Assembly (NCBI RefSeq): GCF_963921235.1
Contig: NC_086121.1
Span: forward strand, 41,478,001-41,542,000
DNA length: 64,000 nucleotides
Direction of reading: 5' to 3'
Source: Mobula hypostoma
Lineage: Eukaryota
Shown in pieces: positions 50,606-62,979 of this stretch. A program made the translations under genes and the position numbers. Under the pieces are notes generated by a model. The model worked only from the letters and a program-made list of their open reading frames with translations, was not told where the DNA came from and ran no database searches. Position 1 is the stretch's first letter. Every line of letters starts with the position of its first letter.

Positions 50606-53212
50606 CAGAATCAGGTTTATTATCGCCAGCATCTGTCGTGAAATTTGTTAACTTAGCAGCAGCAGTTCAATGCAATATATAATATAGAAGAAGAAAAAAA
50701 AAATAAATAAATACATAAATTACAATATAAGTATACTGAATAGATTAAAAATCTTGCAAAAACAGAAATAATATGTATTTTAAAAATGAGGTAGTGTTCA
50801 CGGGTTCAAAGTCCATTTAGGAATTGGATGGTAGAAGGGAAGAAGCTGTTCCTGAATCACTGAGTGTGTGCCTTCAGGCTTCTGTACCTCCTACCTGATG
50901 GTAACAGTGAGAAAAGGGCATGCCCTGGGCGCTGGAGGTCCTTATAATGGATGCTGCCTTCTGAGACACTGCTCCCTGAAGATGTCCTGCGTACTTTGTA
51001 GGCTAGTACCCAAGATGGAGCTGACTAGATTTACAACCTTCTGCAGCTTCCTTCGGACCTGTGCAGTAGCCCCTCCATACCAAACAGTCAAGTCAAGTCA
51101 CTTTTTATTGTCATTTCGACCATAACTGCTGGTACAGTACACAGTAAAAATGAAACGTTTTTCAGGACCATGGTGCTACGTGAACAATACAAAAACTACA
51201 CTGAACTACGTAAAACAACACAACAACTACACTAGACTACCCAGGACTGCATAAAGGCTACAAAACAGTGCAGGCATTACAATAAATAATAAACAAGACA
51301 GTAGGCACAGTAGAGGGCAGTAGGTTGGTGTCAGTCCAGGCTCTGGGTATTGAGGAGTCTGATGGCTTGGGGGAAGAAACTGTTAGATAGTCTGGTCATG
51401 AGAGCCCGAATACTTCAGTGCCTTTTGCCAGATGGCAGGAGGGAGAAGAGTTTGTATGAGAGGTGCATGGGGTCCTTCATAATGCTGTTTGCTTTACGGA
51501 TGCAGCGTGTGGTGTAAATGTCTGTAATGGCGGGAAGAGAGACCCCAATGATCTTCTCAGCTGACCTCACTTTCCGCTGCAGGGTCTTGCGATCTGAGAT
51601 GGTGCAATTTCTGAACCAGGCGTGATACAGCTGCTCAGGATGCTCTCAATACAACCTCTGTAGAATGTGGTGAAGATGGGGGGTGGGAGATGGACTTTTC
51701 TCAGCCTTCGCAGAAAGTAGCGACGCTGCTGGGCTTTCTTTGCTATGGAGCTGGTGTTGAGGGACCAGGTGAGATTCTCCGCCAGGTGAACACCAAGAAA
51801 TTTAGTGCTCTTAACGATCTCTATGGAGGAGTCGTCGATGTTCAGCAGAGAGTGGTCGCTCCGTGTCCTCCTGAAGTCAACAACTATCTCTTTTGTTTTG
51901 TTCACATTGAGAGACAGGTTGTTGGCTCTGCACCAGTCCATCAGAAGTGATGCAGACTGTCAGAATGCTCTCTATGGTACATCTTTAGAAGTTTTTGAGT
52001 GTTTTTGTTGACATACCAAATCTCTTATAATGAAGTGTAGTCACTGCCTTGCCTTCGTTATTGTTGCATCAATATGTTGGGACCAGGTTAGGTCCTCAGA
52101 GATCTTGACACCCAGGAACTTGAAGCTGCTCACTCTCTCCACTTCTGATCCCTCTATGAGGATCGGTATGTGTTCCTTCATCTTACCCTTCCTGAAGTCC
52201 ACAGTCAGCTCTTTTGTCTTACTGACATTGAGTGCCAGGTTGTTGCTGCAACACCACTGGTTGATATATCTTGCTCCTGTACGCCCTCTCATCTCCATCT
52301 GAGATTCTAGCAACAATGGTTGCATCATCAGCAGATTTATAGATGGTATTTGAGCTATGCCTAGCCACACAGTCATGGGTATAGAGAAAGTAGAGCAGTG
52401 GGCTAAGCACACACCCCTGGGGTTCATCAGTGTTAATCTTCAGCGAGGAAGATATATTATCACCAATCCACACAGATTGTGATCTTCCAGTTAGGAAGTC
52501 AAGGATCCAATTGCAGAGGGAGGTACAGAGGCCCAGGTTCTGTAACTTCTCAATCAGGATTGTTGGTATGATGGTGTTAAATGCTGAGCTATAGTCAATG
52601 AACAGCATCCTGACACAGGTGTTTGTGTTGTCCAGGTGGTCTAAAGCCGCGTGGAGAGCCATTGAGATTGTAGCAACAGGCAAATTTCAATGGATCCAGG
52701 TCCTTGCTGAGGCAGCAGTTCAGTCTAGTCATGACCAACCTCTCAAAGCATTTCATCACTGGAGATACGAGTGCTACCAGCGATAATCATTAAGGCAGCT
52801 CACATTATTCTTCTTCGGTCCGGTATGATGATTGCCTTTTTGAAACAAGTGGAAACTTCTGCCCGTGGCAGTGAAAGCTTAAAAATGTCCTTGAATACTC
52901 CAGCCAGTTGGTTGGCACAGGTTTTCAGAGCCTTACCAGGTACTCCACTGGGACCTTCCACCTTGTGCGGGTTCACTCTCTTTAAAGACAGCCTAACATC
53001 AGCCTCTGAGACAGAGATCACAGGGTCACGAGGTGAAGCAGGGATCTTCACAGCTGTAGTTTTATTCTCCCTTTCAAGGCGGGCATAGAAGGAGTTGAGT
53101 TCATCTGGCAGTGAAGCATCACTGTCATTCATGCTATTGGGTTTCGTTTTGTAGGAAGTAATGTCTTTCAAACCCTCCCAGAGTTGTTGTACATCCAATG
53201 TCGCCTCCAACA
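50606..53212 (-). mobile_element. Rex1/Babar-like LINE, longest copy (50606-51087 and 51942-53212)
   Basis: ORFs 52800-53225 (LPDELNSFYAR, CANQLAGVFKDIF), 52219-52683 ([29 protein letters not shown]), 52041-52427 (FKFLGVKISEDL). Confidence 0.93.
51088..51941 (-). mobile_element. Younger Rex1/Babar-like LINE nested in the previous one
   Basis: ORF 51567-51941: WCRANNLSLNVNKTKEIVVDFR...KKAQQRRYFLRRL...FYRGCIESIL; (caagt)n tail. Confidence 0.93.
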
Positions 53213-54699
53213 GGTAACTAAGCATGTAAATGAGGATGAGAGGGATATAAAACAGCCAATCTTGAATAGCACAGCAGAATCAATGGGGTGAATAGACTGA
53301 TTCTGTTCCTGTATCTATGGTCTTAATTGGGGTCAAGGCTGGTGAAGTTAATGGGCGGGTGAGTGAGAGTAGGTTAACTTGAAATAAATGGGAAAAATAG
53401 CTGATGGGATTGTTCTGAGAGCTGGCATGGACTTTGTGGACTGAGTGGCCTCCTATGTCATGTGCAATATTTAAAATTACTAGCCCATTTGAAATGAAAT
53501 GCGTACTTCCCTTGGTAACAATATTTGGGGTTGAAAGAGTAGCAGTTACAAATGCATCACAGTTCAAAGACTAGGGAGTTTTTTCTAATACTAGCAAAGA
53601 CCAGACAAGAACTACTCTTATGTTTATTTATTTACCGAGTCAGTGAGGAACAGGAATGATTGTGCGTTTCAAAGTCAGTGTATTAAGGTTCAACCATATT
53701 GAAAACTCATCCATGGGACTACCACGGATACTGTGTATAAAGACATTATTGTGATTCTTTTATATTCTTAACAAAACACGTGATAACCATTGCTTACTTT
53801 GGATAGAATACAGTACAGTTAGAAACTAGTATCTTGAGCAAAAGTAAAATCATTTGCAGTAATGGAGTTGAAAGTTAGTGAAGATAGTTTGAGAAACCAG
53901 ATTCAAATGCTTCCAAACTGTTAAGCAAAGGCTAACATTCAAAGGAATAATTTTCAATGATACATTCCATAAAAATCTTCACTTTCCTCTACAGATAGCT
54001 AAAAAGCTCAAAAATTGTCTTAGTAAAATAGTAATATTAGCACCAAAAAGTAAAAGAAAAAATTAAGGATCAAAAAAATTCCCAGGGCTTGATCTGTTGC
54101 ATCCTGAATGGTGTAAAAGTGAATGATGCATTAGTGATTGTTATCCTGACACAGACTGAAGGCAACAAATGTAATGCAGCGATTCACAAAATGATAATGA
54201 ACGAAGTTAAGGAGTAATAAACCAGTTGGCCTGAGAAAAGCTTGCAGGAGATGCCAGAATCTGTTATTAAGGATGTGGTAACAGATGATAAATCTGGGAC
54301 TCATCCTCTGATGACTGGAAGTTATCCAAGCTCCCAAAGTGAATGCTATTGTGAGCACTGAAAGCTCACTTCTTACACAGACTGTTCTCAGTATGCTTCT
54401 CCAAAGGGAGGGCATTCCCCTGATCACTGGAGACCTTCCACAACAAATAATGCACTGCCAACAGATACAGAACCTCTAGGAGGGAGAAGACTTGCCTCAG
54501 TATGAGGAACAGTTAAGACAGTTTTATGAAGGGAAGACTGTAAGTGAAAAATTCAAGAGTCTTTTATGGATCCAAGCTGCCACCTACCCTCAGCCTTGGA
54601 GTAAGTCCTGCATCTACCTCCAATTGCTCTCGTGTCTGTGTGATGTAGGCCCCAATCCACAGCTGTCCCATGATCCAAAACGGGCCTGGATTGACAACT

Positions 54700-54822
54700 A
54701 GGCCTGATGAATCTCAGCCCGAAACATCGACTCTTTGCTCTTTTCCATAGATTCTGCCTGGTCTGCTGACTTCCTCCAGCATTTTGCTGTTTGGATTACC
54801 AGCATCTGCAGATCTTCTCATC
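54700..54822 (+). mobile_element. Solo Penelope pLTR with hammerhead core lacking stem II 5' strand
   Basis: cctgatgaatctcagcccgaaacatcgact...cagcatctgcaga. Confidence 0.8.
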
Positions 54823-55074
54823 TCTGAGTGGCAGTGTTATTTTATAAGTACCATGTGCTCTGAGCTAGATGTGATGTTGGACCAGTCGCTGCTGCTCAAT
54901 TTGAGAATGGCTTCCTTCAGTAATGATAATCCTGGACAGTACCTTCGACAACACTGGAGAAAACCACAGAAGCAACAACACAGAGTAGAGTTCCAGGCAT
55001 CCAGTCATCAAAACAAATCATTGCAATCATTTAAGAGCCTGTGGTTGCTGCAGTCAACAGCCATGTACTGATGT

Positions 55075-55290
55075 GGTGTCTCTAACAGTGTGAAAGGAAC
55101 ACCACAGGAGCATTGTCAAATAAAATTTGATACAGCGCCACATAAGGAGGCATTATGACAGGTAATAAAAATGTTCAGTGAAAGGTAGGTTTTAAGAGGC
55201 ACATTCATCATAGCAAGAGGGGTGGGGAAGCCGAGAGGTTTAGTGAGTGAAGTCCACATTTAGAATATTAGTTCTACAGACTCTGCCCAT
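55075..55290 (-). mobile_element. L2-like 3' remnant
   Basis: aaaggtaggttttaagagg...gagaggtttagtgagtgaagtcca resembles chondrichthyan L2 ends as I recall them. Confidence 0.4.
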
Positions 55291-57319
55291 GGAACACCAC
55301 ACTGAATCCTTCAGACATATAGAGGGTATATTTGACTGAAAGTATTGTTTATTAATAGTTAGCCAGATGTTCAATTACACTACTGTGTATGTATATTTTA
55401 TATTTCCATACTTACTCACAACCTAGAAGGCAGCATTTTTCCCATCAAACTTTCTTGCCAGTTCACAGCACAATTCTTTTTCCTCATAACCTATTCCCTT
55501 CCCATTCCTGTCAACACTGTCTAGACTCTGACAATTACCGATGTACTCAAAGCACTTTACAGTGGCCAATTTACCTGGCAACCTAGAAGTAGCACATGTG
55601 GTCACAGTAGGTCACATACAACAACCAAGGTCACAGCTGAACACTGGTCACTGGTGGTACAAGGCAGCGGCACTACTAGCTGCACAACTGGGCTGTTTCC
55701 TTTTATGACAGTGTGATCATGAAACAGAAGAATATCAGCATTGGGAGCAGGGCAGGGCAGGCCAGCATGGACTAGATGGGCCAAAGGTCCTGCTTCTGCA
55801 CTATGACTCTATGACACTATGAAGAGACTGCAGAGGATGTCCTCTAGGAAACTGTCTGGTTTGAAGGACTTTAGTGAAGGACTTCATTTTTCCTTGAGTG
55901 AACGAGGCTGAGGGTAGACCTGAAAGAGGGATATAAAATTATTGGAGGTATAGACAAAGGTAGACATTCAGAATCATTTTCCAAAAGGGACACAGCCAGT
56001 AAAAAATGGTGAAGGGAAGGAGCGGAGCAAGACTTGGTGGGCGTTAGGTGAACTCATGTGGGGAAAGTTCAGAATTGCTGAGTTCCATCAGCATCTTGTT
56101 GGTTCAGATTTCAGCAACTGCCCTCTCTTACTTATGCCTACATAAAGAAGAAACAGCTGCTTGCATATGTCTAAAAGTAGCAGAATATCATTGGCTTGCA
56201 TCTCATAGATCGCACATTGTTAAATAAACTTGACCTCCACACTTCAATATAACACCTATAAAAACAGCTTCTAATGTTTTTGATTGCAGCTACAAATGAA
56301 GCGATAACAGGAGTGGGAAAACCTTGGTGACTTAGGGAAGATGAAATCTGGCAGGTTTGTTCAGAGAAACACACACATAAGATGCTGGAGGAAGTCAGCT
56401 GGTCAGGCAGCAACTATGAAGAGAAATAACAGTCGGTGTTTTGGAGGAAAGCAAGGTTTGATCAGATATCCATTTTACATATCCGTAGATTTTGCCGGTC
56501 TTGAAAGCAGTAAGATCACCCATTGTGAAAATTGAATGACCCCATTTAAATCTTTTTGGCAGTGCAGTTTAAGATTACGGAAGCACCTCATGAAGCAAAG
56601 TCTAAGAGAAGTCTTCTTAGCTGAGAAAGAGAAACTGAATGGAGTTTATATTAAGAACAGAGCAGAAAATCATATAGAGGGGTCAAAATGAGATCAGGGT
56701 AGATAGAGCATTGCTTGGAAAGGGTTAAAAGGCCTCTTCCCATTGACCGGTTGAGAGATGCTGGAGTGGGGGTTAATGATCATGGATTGCCGCATTCCCA
56801 CCCACACTGTATGCTATCTGAAGAGTGCACATAGTCACTCTGTGTGATATCAATTCACTGCAGAACGACTACCAGACACTGCATGTCAAGTGTTCCCTGG
56901 GGCTAGCTATCACACTGAGCCATTATCAGACAATTTTCCTCCAGGCCATTTTGTTTTATGTGCAATTGCTAAAGCAACCTTTAACAAATTCTGCTCTTAG
57001 GAGGGGCCCTGACAACTAGATGTGTTGATCTGAGCACATAACCCATTATTAATTTTTAAGTAGACAACATTCAACTTTTTGATCCTAAATTTACCGAAAG
57101 TTATGGAAAAAAATGAACCTATTGTTTTAAGTTTAACATTAATCAACTTTCTGATGCACATTAAGTGGTCACTATTGTCTAAGTATGTGACGTAATCTCA
57201 TCAGTATATAAAACACAGATGTGTTCCCCAGTTCTCAAACCAAAGATCCAAAGAATCGATGAACTATTGAGAACATTACAGGTGCATAATCTTGACCTAA
57301 GCAGTGATAAAGAGGCACA

Positions 57320-58340
57320 AGAGAATCGGCAGATGTTGGAAATTTGGAGCAATGCACAGGAAAAGCTGGAGGGCACTCAGCAGGTCAGGAAGCATCCATG
57401 AAGGGAAATGAACAAGTAAATGAACAGTCATCTTTTCAGGCTGAGACTCTTCATCAGGATTGGATAGAAAGAAGGTAGAAGCCAGAAGAAGAGGGTGGAG
57501 AGGGGAGAAGCATGAACTGGCGGCTGATAGGTGAATCTAGGTGAAAGGGGGATGGTAGGATGATGGTGAAGGGGGTTAAAGGAACAACGTGAGAAGCTAG
57601 GAAGTGATGGGTGGAAGAGATAACGATCTGAAGAAGGAATCTGATAGGAATGGAGAGTGGATTATGCAATGAAGAGAAGGAGGTGGAGAACTAGATGGAA
57701 GAAGTTGAAGGTGATGGGCAGATCATGAATCAATGTTGGTGTTCAAAGGTCAGTCAGGGGTGTGGATGTCAAAGTCCACTGGCCAAAGCCTGGAGACTGA
57801 AGGACTGCCCCTATGTATGGGTGGGTGGGAGTGAGGGAAGGGGCTTATTTTGCTGTTGTTGTTTTGTGGCTTGTTTTTTGTGTTGTTCTGCTGAACATTG
57901 TGGACACGTTATGTTGGCACAGGGATATGTGACGACACGGATGGACTGCACCCAGCCCACACCTAGGTGTGCTGGTTGTTCGTACAAACGATGCATTTCA
58001 CTGTACTTTTCAATGCACACGGGATAAATAAATCTGAATCCGGATCTGGAAAACAAAGAGTCATTGGAACAGAAGACAGTAGTTACCACAACTTAGAGAA
58101 TTCAATGTTGATGTTGCCAGGATAGAGACTAACGAGATTGAATATGAGGTTCTGTCTGGCCTCATCTTGGCAGTAGAGGAGCCTGTGGACAGTATACCAG
58201 TATGGTAATGGGGAGTGGAATTAAAATGGATTGCCACTGGGAGATCCTGGCTGCTGTAGCAGACCTAGTGAAGGAGGTCAATGAAGCAAATCTCCCAATC
58301 TGCACTGGGAATCACTGATGTAGGAGAGGGCAAATCAGAA
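57320..58340 (-). mobile_element. Penelope 3' end interrupted by a non-coding retroposon (~57725-58050, +)
   Basis: pLTR with CUGAUGA..GAAA at ~57432-57460; GIY-YIG remnant 58090-58330; insert ends gataaataaatctgaatc. Confidence 0.8.
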
Positions 58341-58344
58341 GCTG

Positions 58345-59290
58345 ATGGTTAAGGATGTGGTTTCAGGGTACTTGGAGGCAGATGGTAAAGTAGGCCAAAG
58401 TCAGCTTGGTTTCCTTGGGGGAATATCTTGCCTGACAAATCTGTTGGAGATCTTTGAAAAAGAGCAAAAAACAAGCAGGATAGACAAAGGAGAATCAGTG
58501 AATGTTGCGTACTTGGATTTTCAGAAGGCCTTTGACAACGTGCTGCACATGAGGCTGCTTAACAAGCTAAGAGCCCATGGAATTACAGGAAAGATAGCAG
58601 CCTGGATAGAGCATTGGCTGATTGGCAGGAGGCAAAGAGTGAGAGTTAAGGGAGCCTTTATGGTTGGCTGCCGGTGACTGTGTTGGGAACACTTCCTTTA
58701 CATTATATGTCTATAATTTGGATGAAGGAAATGATGGCTTCGTGGCCAAGTTTGCAGACGATAGGAAGATAGGTGGAGGGGCATAGTGTTGAGAAAGCAG
58801 AAGAGACTACAGAGGACTCTGATTGATGGGGAAAATAGACAGAGAAATGGCAGATAGAATACAATGTTTTTAGAAGTGTTTGGCCATGCACTTTTGTCGA
58901 AGAAATACAAGCGTAGGCTATTTACTAAATGGAGAGAAAATTCAAAAATCTGAGGAACAAAAGGACTTGGTGGTCCTCATGCTGGATCCTCTAAATTAAT
59001 TTTCAGGTTGAGTTGGCGGTGAGGAAGGTAAATGCAATATTAGCATTCATTTTGAGAGGATTAGGATATAAAAGCAAGGATGCAATGTTAAGGCTTTATA
59101 AGGCACTAGTGAGACCTCATTTAGAATACTGTGTGCAGTTTTGGGCCCCTTATCTATGAAAGAATGTGCTGACATTGGAGCGGGTTCAAAGAGAGCTCAC
59201 AGAAATGAAGCTGGGATTGAAAGGATTATCATATGCAGAGTGTTTGATGGCTCTGGGCCTGTACTCTCTGGAATTCAGAAGAATGATAGG
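58345..59290 (+). mobile_element. CR1 LINE RT region
   Basis: SCLTNLLEIF, YLDFQKAFDNV, LTLERVQRE. Confidence 0.9.
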
Positions 59291-60132
59291 ATCAGACATG
59301 CAAGAAATGGAATATATGTGGGTAAGGGCAACATTAACTGCTGTGGAGGGGAAACCAAAGAGCTGATCATTAACTATAGGAGGAAGAAGTCGAAGCCTCA
59401 TGAGCCAGTTCTCATTTGGGAGTTGGAGGGTCAGTAACATTAAATTCCTGGGCAATATAATATCACAGGATCTGTCTCAGGACTAGCACATAAATGTCAT
59501 TCCAAAGAAATCATGACTATGTTTCCACTTGCTTAGAAGTTTGCGCAAATTTGGCATGCCAGCTGAAACTTTGACAAACTTCTATGGATGCACAGACACT
59601 GGAGAATCATAACTGGTTGCATTATGACCTGGTACTGCAGCACCAAGCCCAAGGACAGAAAAGCCAACAAAAATAGTAGATACAGCCTATTCCATCACAG
59701 GAAAGGCTCTCCTCATTATTGAGTGTATTTGTAAGGAGCACTGCCACAATAAAGCAACACCCATCATCAAGGACACCATCATCATAGCCATACCTTCTTA
59801 TGGCTGCTGCCATTGGGAAGCAGGTACCGGAGTGTTAGGTCCCATACCATCAGGATAAGGAACAGTTATTATCTTTCAACCTTCAGGCTCCTGAATGAGC
59901 GTGGACAACTTCACGCATCACAACACTGAACTGATCACTGAACACAACCTATGGACTCAATTTCAAGGACTCTACAACTCATGTTCTCAGTATTATTTAC
60001 TTAGTCTGTCTTTGCACATTATGTGTCTCTCAATCTTTGTGTGCAGATTTTCATTAATTCGATTTTATGCCATTGTTCTGCTCTGAATGCCTACAAGAAA
60101 ATGAATCTCAAGGTAGTAGATGGTGACATGTT

Positions 60133-60926
60133 CACTCAGTGACCCATTCATTAGGTACCTTGTACCTAATAAATAAAGTTTATGTTCATGGCCTTCTGAT
60201 GCCCATCCATTTCAAGGTTCAACATGTTGTATGTTCAGTGATACTCTTCTGCACACCACTGTTGTAACGCACGGTGAGTTACTGATGCCTTCCTATCAGC
60301 TTGACCCAGCAATGTTTCCTCTAATTATTTACAACTACATGGACCAACCATTGCTCTGAGCAGGAAATTTTTAGATGGTCTGAAAACAGTGCAGCATTTT
60401 AAATGTTTTTTTTTGTAACATGCATGCTATGAATCTTCAGAATGAAAATTGAAAAGTATACTTTTGCTTTTATTTATTAATTGAAGGGTATAATGAAATA
60501 TAGTACAATAAAGAAAATCTTTCACATTTGATAAAGTTTTGTTCGCCTGTCTTTATTCTAGCTGCACAGCAACAAAGCCTATGAGTGCAGGAGCATTTTG
60601 TTTACTGTGTGACCACACACCCACACAGCTTTGTGGGAACAGTGTGAACCAGTCTGTCTTTTCTTCTCTGACCTCTCTAATTAACAAGGTGTTTTTATCC
60701 ACAGCACTGCTGCTCACTGGATGTCTTTTGTTTTTCACACCATTCTCTGCAAACTCTACAAACTTTTGTGTGTGAACATACCAGATCAGCAACTTCTGAG
60801 ATACATAAATCACCCGCTCTGGCACTAACAATCATTCCATGATCAAAGTAATTTAGATCATATTTCTTCCACAATCTCATTAATGAGCAGGTGTACAGGT
60901 GTACCTAATCAAGTGGCCACTGAATG
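60133..60926 (-). mobile_element. Tc1/mariner deletion derivative
   Basis: TIRs cactcagtgacccattcattaggtac / gtacctaatcaagtggccactgaatg; transposase N-terminal remnant DLNYFDHGMIVSAR...ISEVADL...VCRVCREWCEKQKTSS. Confidence 0.88.
60310..60644. mobile_element. hAT-type MITE nested in Tc1
   Basis: TIRs caatgtttcctc / gtgggaacagtg; 8-bp TSD tgacccag (60302-60309) / tgaaccag (60645-60652). Confidence 0.78.
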
Positions 60927-61134
60927 CACATACATTAATAATAAATTTGCTTTGGACTTTAAAATTTCGAAACTATCTTCTGAAAAAAAGTGCATTTTGG
61001 ATGCCCTGGCATGGAAGGCCTCACTAAGAAGAAGCGTAGTCAAGTTAACAGTGGGTCTCAAGGGGTTTTTAAAAGTTGTCCGTGGATAATCTGTCTCCGG
61101 AGATCATAGTCATAGTCATAGTCATACTTTATCG

Positions 61135-62545
61135 TGAAGGAGAGATCAAGAAAGGGGAAGAGGTGTTGGAGGTGGAACAAGTTAATTTAATAGTGGGATA
61201 GAAGCTGGAAATGAAGATGAAATTGACGAGCTTCGACGTACACAAGAAGTAACACCAATACAGTCAACAATGTTCGGGTGCACTTCCAGTGTAGGCTTGG
61301 AACATGGACTGTTCCATATAGACGACAAAAAGACAGGCATAGCTGGAGACTATGCAAGTGCCCAGGGCTACACCTTTGGTCTGGAGAAAGTGGGAGAAGT
61401 TGAAAGAGAAGTTGTTAAGGATTGGAACCAATTGTGCCAGTCGGTGGAGGGTGGTGGTGGAGGGGAACTGGTTGGGTCTGTTGTCCAGAAAGAAGCAAAG
61501 AGCTTTGAGGGCTTGCTAATTGAAGATGGATGTATCGAGGTACTGGACATTAATGTTGAAAATGAGGTTATCAGGGACATTGAGCAGAATGCTATTGAAG
61601 AGGTAGAGAACATGTGACGTGTCACAGATAGTTGGAAGGGACTGAACCAAGGGGGAAAAATGGAGCTAAGGTATGTGCACACAAGTACAGTGGGACAGGA
61701 GCTAAGATAAAGATTAAAGATTAGCATTATTTGTGACATGTACATTGAAACTTCAAATCATACATTCAAATCAAATCAGGGAGGAGCAGCCAACAAGTGT
61801 TATCATGTTTCCAGCAACAACATAGCATGTCCACAAGTTGCAAACTCTAACCTTAACCATATGTCTTTGGAATGTGGGAAGAAACCAGAGTCCCTGGAGG
61901 AAACTCTCACAGTCATGGAGAAAACTTACAAACAGTAGCGGGAATCAGTAATTGCTGGAGCAGTAAAATGATCGCACTAACCACTACACTACCATTCCCA
62001 TGCAGGCAGAAACAATGGACAGTTAGGTTTGTGGATCTTGAGTAGAAGGTAGAAATGGGCAGCATGGGGTATGGGAAGTATGAGGCTGGAGACTGTAGAT
62101 GGGAGATCTCTGGAGGTAACGAGGTTATTGATGGTTTGGTGCTTGGTGCTCCTTAATAGAGTACCAATAAAAGGTAATTTGAGTAGGTGTCTGAGAGTTG
62201 CTGCCTGGCCTCTGCAGGGAAGGAATCAGTCTGCCTGACAACAACAGCACCCCCCCCCCCCTTGTCTGTAGCTTTGATTATGAGGTTAGGATTGGTGCAG
62301 AGACAACAGATAGCAGTGCATTCAGAGTGAGTTAAGTTTGAATAGGTGAGAGGAGTGGTAGGGTTGAGATGGTTGATGTCCTAACAACGATTCGAGATGA
62401 TCAGATCCAGAGTGGGGTATCCATGAGGTGGAGGATGGCTGAAGGTTGATGAAGTGGTCATCAGTGAAGCTGGCGGGTTGGGAATTGTTGCCAAAAGAGT
62501 AGGCTGGAGACATAATGATAGGTACCATAGTGGGCGCAGAACATT
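61135..62545 (-). mobile_element. Old Penelope RT core, interrupted by an antisense V-SINE (~61705-61995)
   Basis: Remnants ALCFFLDNRPNQFPSTTTL..LAQLV...NNFSF and KGVALG...YACLF; SINE gtctttggaatgtgggaagaaaccagag. Confidence 0.75.
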
Positions 62546-62979
62546 TCGAGGTGTGTTTTTGTAGGGTGATGAAGATAAGGGCTTGTTCTGGCTTCTGCTC
62601 TCTTTCTTTCCAAGTGGGTAAAGAGACTTGGCCTAAAGCATTGACAGTCTTTTCCCTCCATTGATGCTGCCTGAAGTTCTCCAGCGTTTTGTGTGTGTGC
62701 ATGCAGCCATGGAGACCTGTTTCAATGAATTTTACAACTTTGTTTGGCCTAGATCACCTTACAGACACTCTTGAAATGTAATGTGGGAAACACTGGCTAC
62801 CAGTTCTGATTCAGCAGGGTCCTCACATACAGTTCTGTAATGCCAGGATTCAGCTGGGAAGATACAAAAGATTGCAGATACTGGATTCTAAAGCAGATAG
62901 GATACTAACTTTCCTGCTGAAGAACTACTATTGTTAATTTCTTAAACTTTCCCTTTAAACCCACTGCAATTCTCTTAGA

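Larger units (their letters stand above)
49770..53325 (+). mobile_element. CR1 (49770-50605, tail ~53250-53325) hosting two Rex LINEs
   Basis: ORF 50317-50592 is a CR1 C-terminus; tail ttctgttcctgtatctatggtctt lies beyond the Rex insert. Confidence 0.8.
59350..60960 (+). mobile_element. Rex1/Babar-like 3' end whose tail is split by a Tc1 element
   Basis: KFLG and TNFYGC remnants; tail resumes taataaatttgctttggacttt after 60926. Confidence 0.75.
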
